DNA from: Oculina patagonica | Taxonomy: Eukaryota | DNA: 64,000 nucleotides | Assembly (NCBI RefSeq): GCF_052425735.1 | Contig: NC_135759.1 | Span: 46,314,001-46,378,000, forward strand | Direction of reading: 5' to 3' | In this document: one piece after another, positions 34,601 to 45,449 of the stretch | Position numbering within the stretch: position 1 is the first letter of the stretch | How the letters are laid out: every line of letters starts with the position of its first letter | Translations under genes and position numbers: made by a program | Notes under the pieces: model-generated | The model's database searches: none | The model's input: only the letters and a program-made list of their open reading frames with translations | Told to the model about the DNA's origin: nothing

Positions 34601-37600
34601 ACCCAAAACATCGAGCTCAAAAGACTAAACGCTCGTTAAAATTGATGCAAGATACATATCCTTAGCGACAGTAAATAACGTGTCTCTAAAACAAAGCAAT
34701 AGCTTTGCAAAATAAAGCTACGCAGTCTCTGGCTAAAGTGAACAGAAATAAATATGTCATCCGTGATAAAAAGCAACACACATTGCAAGACTATAAACAG
34801 CCGGGCCCGGCCTTGCAAATATAGAATGCAAGTACATAATCAACATATTCACGGAAATACGATCTGTGTCCTTCCAGAGCGAACATTTTTAGAGCTTAAA
34901 ACACATCTTGCGAATATGAATGAGCCAAGGCTAACCGCAATAGCAAAATTTAATACAGACGTGTCAAAATGTACTAACGGGAAACGGTGCAGATCTATCA
35001 TCTCTACACATCTGCTGAGCGGCAGTCCTTCGACTCTACTTTATAACCTAAAATCGCCTTCTTATAATACAAGTGACAGAGCATAGTGCCCTTTTTAAAC
35101 AACTTTGAAGCGTCAAAATAAATTGGACGACCAAATCCAATTTTACCGAACGGCTTATTTTGTACAAAAGTCACGAAGTAGTCTGTGTAGGCCTGTCATC
35201 TGTTTTTTGCTAGGTCTAATTACCCTACTGACAGATGTGTTACAGGATCCATTACAAGTGGGCGGATGGGCGGAATCAAACAAAGTCTACAGGCTCCCCC
35301 TCAGGCCCCGCTCTTCCGCTCGCTTCGCTCGCGTACGCCGCTCGCTTTGCTCGCGTAAAAACCCCACTCGGGAGCCTGTTCGCAGGCTAGGTTATGCATA
35401 ATTCGTCACATCTTCCCCTTTAAAGGAAAGCTCAAGTCATCACTCATAGGAATATTGATCTGACTAAATAACTAAGACATGACATAGTCTCTGACATAGT
35501 CTCTAAACGACCGACTAAGACATGACATAGTCTCTGAAATAGCTAGGAGGGTTTCTCCGTCTTGTGGACCTTCTGATCTCCTGCTCTCCAGATGAGCCCG
35601 GTGCTGGCGTAGGTTCAGCTCCGAGGGGCAACGACGCAGGTGTGGCCACAGGGACCGGGGCAACGGGTTGAGCCACAGGGTTCTGAGCCACAGGTTCAGG
35701 CGAAGGAAACAGCACAGTGGATTCAGGAGCAACCTCTTCAAACTGCGGCGAAGGAGGCTCATAGTCGTTCAGCGGCATTTTCTCCTCACTGGCACGCCAA
35801 ATATCTTTCCGATTTCTACGGCGAACTTCCCCGTCAACTTGCACATCATAAGATCTGAGAGCTACTTCTCTCAAACATATACCTCGTTTCCAGGTACCTC
35901 GCGGGGAACGAACACGAACCGCTTCACCAGGTTTAAGTGGAGCAAGAGAGCGCTTGCCACGATTGTAGAATTTCTTCTGCTTCTCCTTCTGGGCACTTAG
36001 CTTTCTAGCATCAGCGGCAAGGCTAAACCTTGGCTTGAGAAGAGCTTCAGTGGCCGGCAGTAACGTCTTACAACGACGTCCAAAGAAACGTTGGGCCGGA
36101 CTAGCATCCAATCCCTCGCTTGGAGTATTGCGCCAATCAAGAAGTGCTTGAAATTCACTGACACCAGCAGCCCGGCATTTCGTAAAGAGGCGTTTGACCG
36201 TGCGAACTGCATTCTCGGCCTTACCATTGCTCTGGGGATATCGAGGACTAGAAGTGACATGTTGGAAGTTCCACTGACTGGCAAATCTTGCGAACTCTGA
36301 CGACGCAAAGCACGGCCCATTGTCAGTAACTACGGAATCTGGCACCCCATATCGGCTGAACATGGCCATTAGACTTCTGATTACAGCTTTGGAGTTTTCT
36401 GCAGAGACAGAATCGACCTCAGTAAAGTTGCTGAAGTAGTCACTCACAACTAGGAGGATTCGACCTGAGAAATGGCAAAGGTCAGCACCTACTTTGGCCC
36501 AAGGACGTGGAGAAACATCGTGCTGAAGGATGGGTTCCCGAACTTGTGAGTCGCGATGGGTGAGGCATACATCACACTGACTAACAAAATCTGTCATTTG
36601 CGAACTCATCCCAGGCCAGAACATGCATTCTCGAAGACGACGAAGGCAACCACCAAGACCGATGTGACTTGAATGAGCCAACGACATAATTTCTTTCCTC
36701 AGGGCACTGGGAACAAATAGACGAGAACCACGTAAAATCAAATGTCCTTGGACAATCAGTTCCCCATGAAACTGGAAGAAAGGACGGAGAGTAGGATCAC
36801 AATCGCGGATATCGTCTGGCCAGCCTTTCAGAATCGCCTGGCTGAGAGTTTTGCAGACCTGATCTTGGGAGGACTCATTCTCAATCTGCGCCAGTCGAGA
36901 TGGAGAAACACGCAGGGTTTCGAGGTGGTCCACAAGCTCCAGGGACTTCACTTTCTCACAGGACACCGTTTCGTCAAGGTAAGCGCGGCTCAGGGTATCA
37001 GCGATATACATGAGAGGTCCTTTCTTGTACTTGACGTCAAGATTGTAACGCTGAAGTCGAAGAAGCATCCGTTGCAGCCTTGCAGGTGCGTCACAGAGAC
37101 TCTTCTTATAGATCTCCTCCAAGGGCTTGTGGTCTGTTTCCACGTGGACAACGTCGCGCCCAAAAATATGTACTTGTCAAACTTCTCGCAAGCAAACACA
37201 ATGGCAAGGAGCTCTTTCTCAATCTATGCGTATCTGGTCTCAGTTTGGGTTAGGGCTCTCGACGAAAAGCTTACTGGCTGCTGTAACTGAAGTAGAGCAG
37301 CTCCTAGCCCCGTATCAGAAGCGTCACATTGAAGGGTGACCTCATCTTTTAGGCTGTAGTAACGTAGGACCGGTGCCTGGGTGGTGGCCGTTTTGATGTC
37401 GTTCCACGCTTTCTCCTGAGAATCGGACCAAATCCACTCAGCGTTCTTCACAGTCAAATGGCGAAGTGGGTGAGACATTTCTGACAGGCGAGGAAGAAAT
37501 TTAGCCAAGTACTGAACAGTTCCATTGAAGCGAAGTAAACTCTTTACATGTACATCAGTGGGGCGAGGCATTTCAAGAACGGCGCGCACCTTGTCGGGGT

Positions 37601-40600
37601 GAACTTTCAATCCCGATTTAGTTGCATAGTGACCAATCAACGGGACTTCTTCTAAGCACAGTTGAAGTTTCACCAGGCTCTTGTTGTCGCAAATTAAAAC
37701 GATAACGCTCAAACGGAACATTCTTTCTTGGGATACAGTAATTGTCGAATCGCTCGATGACAGCATCGATGTCCTTTTTCTCCGTAGCGGTTAAATTCCA
37801 TGTTTTAAAGACTTTCCTCGCTTCAGGACCTATCGCTGTGAGGAACGTGGCAACTTGCACTTCGCCAGCTTCTTTGTTGACTTTAGCCGCCACACTGTAG
37901 TGGAGCCACATTTCTTTCCATTCATTCCATTTCTCGACGACGTTGGAGTCATTTATGTCGAGAGAATGAGGCGCAGGCAACGATTGAAGATGAGCCATTG
38001 GAGATTAAGCCACTTCTGACACCATGTAACGAGAGATAACGGTAAATGTGGACTTTAATGGTGACCGAACATCGCTAGCGCTTACATTGGAAATACTGAC
38101 TGCTAATCGCATAAATAACTACTTAAATACTGCACACATATGCACGTGCACTTACATATTCTAATATTCTAATTATGGTTATGCATAATTCGTCACAGTT
38201 AGTTTAGGTAGCATGCATGCAGTTAGCATTTGTGACCCTCCATGTGAAAAGGGGGCTTAACGCAATTTCTCTCAAACGCGTTTAAACGCAGCGTTTGAAA
38301 CGCATTTGAAACGGGTTTCAAAAAGTTTCAAACGGATTTCAAACGCGTTTCAAACACCTTTTGAATTTAGAGCGTTTCAAATGCAGAAAACGCATTTTAT
38401 AGGGTTTGAAACGCCAAATTATTTGAGCATAATTATTACTAAACGTAGGAGGAAGACAACATTGTTTATGACAGTTTCCCAATAGTAATTTTTGGAACGG
38501 TTTCACAGAACATCCCGGTAACAAATCGAAACAAAATATGACGTCTACCCAGGTTGCCGGAAGCTCGGCGAAAAGATTGTTTTTGACTTTCTGCGGCCCT
38601 TTTGCTTTCAAATGGCAGACATTCTGCAGAATTTAGCGAAAACTGTAGACTAGCTCCAATTTAACTGCACAAAATAATTTTCCGCGGAAGCCATTTAGCA
38701 GCGCTCATTTTACTGTTGAATTACTGCAGTTGGGCTGCATGTGCAGTCAACTTAAACATAGCGCAGAAGTTTTGATAACCTGTCTTAATTTTCGAACTGT
38801 TAACTGCAAAATCGCTGTGTGATAAAGCCAGCTGGTTGATATTATTTCTCACTAACAGGAGTATAAAATTAAATCAATTGCCGCTCGAGTACTCAGCGGC
38901 GACTGTATTTTCATTTGAAGGAATGCAACTCACCGAAAACGTGTCATCTGGCTCGGGGGTTGAAGCGGAATATTTTCACTTTAAATATTCATTATTCCCC
39001 GCCCATTTTTCACAAGTATTCATTATTCCTTGCCGATTTTGAGATCAATATTCATTATTCCTTTAAATAGGTTGATGTTCCCAGGTATACAATTTTCAGA
39101 CCCACAAAACGAGAGCGGTCAAATATTCTATTCTAATTCACAAGTTGTGCACAGCACACTGGACATTGTTCTGCTGCTATCCTTCTGGAAGGTGTTAGTT
39201 CATCACTTATTACATGCTTTTTTAATGGTGCCCTCTAGTTACACCTTCAATGGCCTTGACTAAAGTGTAAGACGCATGTGGCTTCTTTATTTGCTGACTA
39301 GCAAAAAATTAGCCAAGCAACATGTTTCAGTGAAAAGCTTTATTTAACAAACAATGACGATAATGCGGTCCAACCAATGAGTCTATATAATCTGGAAAAC
39401 AATGAAGTGTTGCACGATGTTTATAAACAGTTCTTTTGTAGGCCATTGTACAAACTTGTTCGAAAACGCGTTTATCTCCTTAACATCATCACTCGTGCAA
39501 TCAAGTCGAAACTAGTGCACCTAACAGAAATACATAATATCACACCCGCTTTAAGCGAAGCATAGTCTTTTGAAGCATGTACAAAGACAACAACTGTACG
39601 TAACCATAACGACTTGTCTATCAAGAGTTACTTCTAAGCCAATAAGTGAACAGCCGATGAAAGATAAATGTAGTGTTTGCCTTCAGGAATAACAGGAATG
39701 GTACAAGTGCACACAAGTATGTCAACGGGCCACATAATTTAAAAGTAGCATTCTGTTACCAATCTGAGTATTATTCCTATATCATGACACATTTTACATT
39801 GAGCACCGCTTTATGCGTTATCTATTTTCAGCTGTAGCTGTTAGATCAGCTTTGTGATTTTTCAAAAAAGTTCGACATCACCGTAATCTAATACGGGTTG
39901 CTGTTCTCCCTGTTCGTGTACGACAAGGAACCCTGGATGGTCCTCCCGGCTGTTCGTCGTCTGAGGCATCTGAAGCCTCATCCTCGGAGTCAATGTCACT
40001 GTCTAAGCCTCCTTTGAGTATCCGCTCAATTCTTAAAACTTCTTGCTGCGAAATTGTGTACAGTTGTTCATTTTTGCAGACCCTCATTGACTACAACTTC
40101 GACGCGGTCACTAACTGAATACGGCGAATTTCGACAATCTGAATATGACAGTTGTCGGTAATCTTTCTTTCGATTGGAATATTGTCCTCATTCTCCTGTT
40201 CTTCATCACAAGAAAGATCCAGTGTTACTCGGTTGCGACCAGTGCCGTAGCAAGGGTAAAATAAGTGGGGGGGGGGGGGGGGGGCGGGAGGGCACGCGAG
40301 CTCCGAAGACGCGAGCCGCTAGGGGGGTCTGGGGGCATTCCCCCCCAGAAAATTTTGAAATCTTGAGGCTTGGAAATGCTATTTCCAGCGTTCTCCAAGA
40401 GCTATTTGTGATTTACGCATATCACGAATTATTTACTTCCTACACTGTCTCAGCAAACCAATTGCAATGCACATTGAAGAGAGTATAACACTTGCAATGT
40501 CAATTACGAAATCAAGAGAGGATGAAAATAGAAAACCCACTGTCTCTGTATCTTGAAACCAGCAAATGTTTCACCTTTCAGAGTCATCGTAGTAGGTTCG

Positions 40601-43600
40601 TAGTTACTAAACTGTCTGAGTTGCCTTAGAGGCAAACGTAGACTTCATCGGCAGGTCATTTTTTGAAAATTTCTCAAACAGGGGCTTGCGCCGCTGGTTG
40701 TCCCCCACAAACAAATAAAAAGAAGTACAAATGTTATTGTTTCAAAACTGTCGGGAAATAAAATTTATTTTCAACGTTTTATACAGGACTGTTTTTACTT
40801 TTTGGGGAAAAAAACTGGGGGGGGGGGCACGTTCAAGTTAAAAATAGCTTAAAAGCTTTACTTACCTGTCTTTCCTGTGCTTTCCCATCTTTACAAATTC
40901 GAACAGTTCTTAGACCGTAACCAAAGCGTCAAAATTTAAAGCGGTCAACTGAAAAATGTGCTTTGAAAGTGACGTCACAAGAAAATATCTTCCTTGGGGA
41001 GTAGTCCGCGTGGCAAATTTTGCAAGCTTAACATGAGGCAGATCTAGAGCGCCTGCCAAATATCGAAAATATAGAACACCTGCGATTCTCATTTGGAGAC
41101 AGAGAGGGTGAGGAGAACTTATTTTATCTTTGCAAGTATTCAATATTCTTGATTAAAAAACTGAATATTCAATATTCGTTACAATTTTGAGCCAATATTC
41201 AATATTCATTATTCCGCTTCAACCCCCGAATCTGGCATCCGAAAGTGAATTTTTCATCGATCAATCAATACAATTTTTAATATATATATCGCAGTGTGTT
41301 TACAGGGAACATAAATTTGCAGTTTCCTTTTCTCCTGTGTGCGTTGCCATTCTCCATTCATGAAACCTCGGAAACTTCAAATGATCGCTGTTGAACGTTC
41401 AAAGCGCCCCGCTTGTGGTTTGAAGCATCAGGTTACACGAGTTCCGCACGTGATTAATCGTGGCGTGGAATTACTTTACACGCAACAGTTTCAAATGTAG
41501 CTGTTCAGTTCATACATAAGGTTTTCGTTTTACAATCTATAGTTTAGTGAAATATGTCGCTTATTTGCCGAAATTATCTCGATAAAATGTGATATATTTC
41601 AAGTCTTCAGAAAACAACCTGATGTGTGAGACGTGACAATGCACACGATCTGTATAAAACCTGATACTTTGTTTACTTTATTTGGCGGTCAAGATTTGAA
41701 AGTTAAAACGATCGGTTAACCGAACTGTTGTTGTTAAATGTGTTGTTCAGTTTGGTTTTTCAAGTTACAAGGGAATTAACAAGCGACAAGATGGTCCAAA
41801 AGCAAGAAACACGCTTCAGGATATGTGGTGATATAGTTTTCGTGCAGCGAATGTGTTTGTTTACCGTACGTGTTACATATTTTCAACATGCCTCAGACAC
41901 AAAGTGATGTGGATAAGGCATACGATGTAAGTATATTTTATAGACTGTACAACTGTACACAATGCAATATTCACAGACAAGCTCTTGCAATTAACACAAG
42001 TGTGCATCACGCTAATTTATTGATGAGGAGAAAATGTTACTCAAATCAAAAAGTTTTCCTGCTACAACATCATCATTCTCTGATTTCCTCAGTTACTGTA
42101 GACACTGTATAATTTGAACTGAAATCGTTGTCACATTTTGAATAAATTATGCTTCAACAGTAATGATAATCTTAAGCATGGCGTTTCAAACACAAGCAAA
42201 CGCGTTTCACCATGTTTCAAACGCCTACTGTTTGAAACGCGTTTCAAACACTTTGAAACGAATTTCAAATGCATTTGAAACGGGTTTCAAACGCGTTTCA
42301 AACAAAAACGCTCTTGAAACGCTGTTACGATTAGCCCCCTTTTCATATGGAGGGTCACATTTATATTGGGATTAGGGATTTCTGGCTATCATGACTCACC
42401 TTTGGTGCGCAAAATAGTCTAAATAACCTGAAGATGGTCAACTTTCATTTACCGGGTATTGGTAAGGGTTATGCTATAATAATATTTATTTTACTTGTAT
42501 AAACCTGCTCACTGCATCAAATGGTTCGTGTGGCTTGCTGCATACTGGTTTACTGGCTCACACTGGTTACTACTCATGAAAAATTAGCTGAACAAGATCT
42601 GAATACTATTTTAGATAATGCAGTGTGGAGACACATTATGTTGATTACCTCACAGTGGCTGTTGATGGTGACACACCAGTCTCATTATTCAATGGATGTA
42701 GCTGCATTGTTAACTCTCCTAAATGAGAAAAAGCCTCTCCTGCAGCTGTGAAAATCTCTGCTACCTAAATATCAGTGTTAAGAATGATGGTTGTTATAAT
42801 CTCAATGTTCAATGAAATGTATGTCCAGTTGAAAATGGATAGGGGTAACATATTATTATTTATACCATGCCATAGAAAATACAGCCAAATTATCAGAATA
42901 CAGGAAAGCCGTTGTATATTCGACGGTATTCAACCCAACCTTCCCATCGTGCGCTGCGATTGTATTCTCGACGAAATTTAGTGAGCGTATTTTCTATGGC
43001 ATGGTATAAAATAGTTACACAACACTTTCTCGTGGTATACTTAACAATTATTCCATAAGCCCGAATTGGATACGAGTTGGCTATAACGACTCGAATCCAA
43101 CAAGGGCGAATGGAATAATTGTTTTATTAAATTCTTCTCAAGCATGTTCAAATCGACTGGACATTTCATTTTGATGTAAACGAAGTGATAGTATGAGGAG
43201 GCGCGAAAATTTCTGGCGCGGTGTTCACTTCTTGAGTTGAATGAAACATACGAGGAAAGCGAGCAAGAGAGTTTTCTTCAGAAGATTTTCCTCAAACAAT
43301 CCCCTCTAAAGTCGTCTAAATATCCTGGAAATTGTGACAACAGTTAAGATTTACGAGAATATCTGAAGCAAAACCTTTTCTGGAAACTACAAGTCTTGTG
43401 CAAGTCGAACGAAGCAAGTGTTTACATTGTACTTCTTTACGGCTCCACGGCTGTCATCAAGACTGCTATATTATTTGAAGCGAAATTGAGCTCAAAGTGG
43501 AACAGGTTTATTGAAGAATGAAAGAACAAAACCAAGATTGAAAGGTAACAAACTTTACTGAAGTGCTGAGCCTAGTTTTATGACGAACACTGAATGAAAC

Positions 43601-44258
43601 TGTGTCAGTTTGCCGTTCTTTCGTAAATTATTTGCTGCTTTTCTACTTTATTCACTCGCCCTTGTTGTGCGTTCAGTTTAAAAGTATTATTAATTACACT
43701 TTTCGCATCTATCCTTTTGTTTTGCGTAGTTAAATTTACTATGGTATTTCTGTGGTTTTTGTAGGCACCGCTAATTATTTCTTGTTCATAAAGCTCGCCA
43801 AATTCGCTGTTCAAAACCATTTTTTTGATGGAACTGTCGCTCCCGCAGAAAAATTTTAGCTTGCCAACAGTAACGCAATCATTTTCCAAATAAGGTCAAA
43901 CTAAGGTATACGAGCTGACAACCGGGATTGAGTGAACCAATCAGAATGCTAGAAATGCAATATCCGAGGTTGAGAATTTAATAATATGGAATATCCCACT
44001 TGTCACTTGTATTTTCTTGGTATACACACTCGCCTAAAGGCTCGTATGTATACCGAGAAAATACAAGTGACTCGTGGGATATTCCATAGTATACCACTCG
44101 AAAGCGTTGCATAACTAGTATATATCATACACCTGGCATGAAGTCTCTTGTTTGACTTACCCTTCAGAATTAGTGCTCATGTCATAACAAATATTATTAT
44201 TCAACTACTGGTGAATAAAATAATTTAAACTATTTACCTTTGCCGCAGATGAACTCAT
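31602..44258 (-). CDS. BAP18: Chromatin complexes subunit BAP18 (C17orf49), SANT/Myb-like domain
   Basis: Exons 44258-44238 MSSSAAK; 42764-42649 VAEIFTAAGEAFSHLGELTMQLHP; 33377-33270 KWGDEEIEMLRSAVKRFGDDLKKIS; 32801-32662 AQIKSALKKR; 32217-32026; probable last exon 31654-31602 (ALGPLETQIADEILSTM*). The alternative is read-through to a stop at 31991. Probable 5'UTR exon about 44644-44740. Confidence 0.9.
34280..35389. mobile_element. hAT-type non-autonomous element inserted in the gypsy LTR
   Basis: 41-bp perfect TIR tagcctgcgaacaggctcccgagtggggtttttacgcgagc; 8-bp TSD ggttatgc (34272-34279, 35390-35397). Confidence 0.92.
35515..37143 (-). CDS. Gypsy pol fragment: RNase H end, HHCC zinc finger and DDE integrase
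   Basis: TDHKPL, ADTLSR, HSSH-x-CDVC, GADL, TDNGPCF, PQSNGKAENAV motifs in a 542-aa ORF. The upstream RNase H has a TAG (YA*IEKE) and a frameshift. Confidence 0.9.
   Translation of the reverse strand: METDHKPLEEIYKKSLCDAPARLQRMLLRLQRYNLDVKYKKGPLMYIADTLSRAYLDETVSCEKVKSLELVDHLETLRVSPSRLAQIENESSQDQVCKTLSQAILKGWPDDIRDCDPTLRPFFQFHGELIVQGHLILRGSRLFVPSALRKEIMSLAHSSHIGLGGCLRRLRECMFWPGMSSQMTDFVSQCDVCLTHRDSQVREPILQHDVSPRPWAKVGADLCHFSGRILLVVSDYFSNFTEVDSVSAENSKAVIRSLMAMFSRYGVPDSVVTDNGPCFASSEFARFASQWNFQHVTSSPRYPQSNGKAENAVRTVKRLFTKCRAAGVSEFQALLDWRNTPSEGLDASPAQRFFGRRCKTLLPATEALLKPRFSLAADARKLSAQKEKQKKFYNRGKRSLAPLKPGEAVRVRSPRGTWKRGICLREVALRSYDVQVDGEVRRRNRKDIWRASEEKMPLNDYEPPSPQFEEVAPESTVLFPSPEPVAQNPVAQPVAPVPVATPASLPLGAEPTPAPGSSGEQEIRRSTRRRNPPSYFRDYVMS
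38232..42358. mobile_element. Non-autonomous DNA transposon with ATTT TSD (Sola1-like target preference)
   Basis: TIR gtgaccctccat(g/a)tgaaaagggggct ... agcccccttttcatatggagggtcac; ATTT at 38228-38231 and 42359-42362; subterminal gtttgaaac/gtttcaaac arrays at both ends. Confidence 0.8.
38953..41229. mobile_element. Nested non-autonomous DNA transposon with 7-bp TSD
   Basis: 20-bp TIR tcgggggttgaagcggaata ... tattccgcttcaacccccga; atctggc at 38946-38952 and 41230-41236; subterminal aatattca repeats. Confidence 0.82.
43041..43984. mobile_element. Crypton-like insertion inside another interspersed repeat (42857-44119)
   Basis: ttaacaattattccat...atggaataattgttttattaaattct at one end and gagaatttaataa at the other. 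Comparison with the uninterrupted copy at 53173-53443 (gtatac|tatgga) shows essentially no TSD. Confidence 0.6.
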
Positions 44259-45449
44259 CTTTAAAATCTTCAGATCTATCAATTCATCACAGATTAAAAG
44301 TCAACAAATAAAGTGTCGAAGTCACAAGATTATTCACTGAAACAATAAACAAAAAAATCCTATTCTACGGGCGTTAGATAAGCTTTTTGTAAAATGACCT
44401 TTATGCCACAAAATGAAAGGCTACATTTCTACTGTACATCATGCTAGATACCCTAACGAACATAGCCTAGCTTCACCATATTCATAAAAATTCAACATCT
44501 CTGAGAAGTGCGGAAAAATCCACCACAGTGACAGTGCATTCAATTGACAAATGCCTATTTTGACAAAATTCAAACATGAAAGTTTTCGATTCGTTTTAGC
44601 GCGATTCACAGTGCTTCGTCATTTGCTATGCATCGATTCCTACCTTTCAATCTTCGGAACACCCTCCAAAATCACTAAAATCTTTCATAAACGGGCTTTT
44701 TTCGTCTAACTCTACAAACAATTTGTCCCGACCGCCATATTGCGGATAAATCCGTTACCAGACTTCTAGAGGACTACTCTTGTACCCAAACTCCGCTCGG
44801 TTAACGAGGTAACACAACACCTGCATGCTGGCACTGTTGCAGTTTGTGTATAGGATGTACATAAAAAGTTGATCATATCAGTAACAATGGACATGATCGT
44901 TATATAATACTGTCTGGTCAAGCAACCGGATCAGCTGTGCAGCTCACGTCGGTAATTTATAAAAGCGCCGAGAGAAAAATGTTTATGTCAATACATTTAA
45001 ATACCATTCATAACATGTTCATTTTATTGATGCAACTTCTTAATGGCTTAAAAACAAGGCGGCGAATTACGCGAAATCATTGTAATCTCACAAAGATAGT
45101 AGTTAAACAGTTTTACTGATCCGGTTTATTTTCTTGTCACTCGCATTTTTTTGTAGTTTAGGACATGCATTTTCTTTGTAGCTGTTCCTAATTAAGTCAG
45201 TGGATGTCTATTCAGTTTATTGACTTTCACCTAATTATTTTTTGGAAAATTGTCGACATCTGCAGCAGTTCGTTTCCTGACTCAAATCCAATGATTCAAT
45301 GACTCTAATGATTCCATGGAATTTCGCTCAAGGCTATTTGCATATAAAATACAAAGCTAAATATCACAAAGCCTCCGTCGAGTAGCAAGATTAAAGATCT
45401 TCGTTTTGTTCGTTGCTGTTTCTGTTCAACCTGCCCAGGCAAGCTTGCG

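Larger units (their letters stand above)
34121..38197 (-). mobile_element. Ty3/gypsy LTR retrotransposon, internally deleted, in BAP18 intron
   Basis: 173-bp LTR TG...CA at 38025-38197; second LTR at 34121-35410, split by a MITE; 5-bp TSD gttag (34116-34120, 38198-38202); PBS tggtgtcagaagtgg (38024-38010, tRNA-Leu-like); PPT 35411-35421; gag fragment 37998-37670; RT/RNase H fragment; integrase. Confidence 0.95.
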
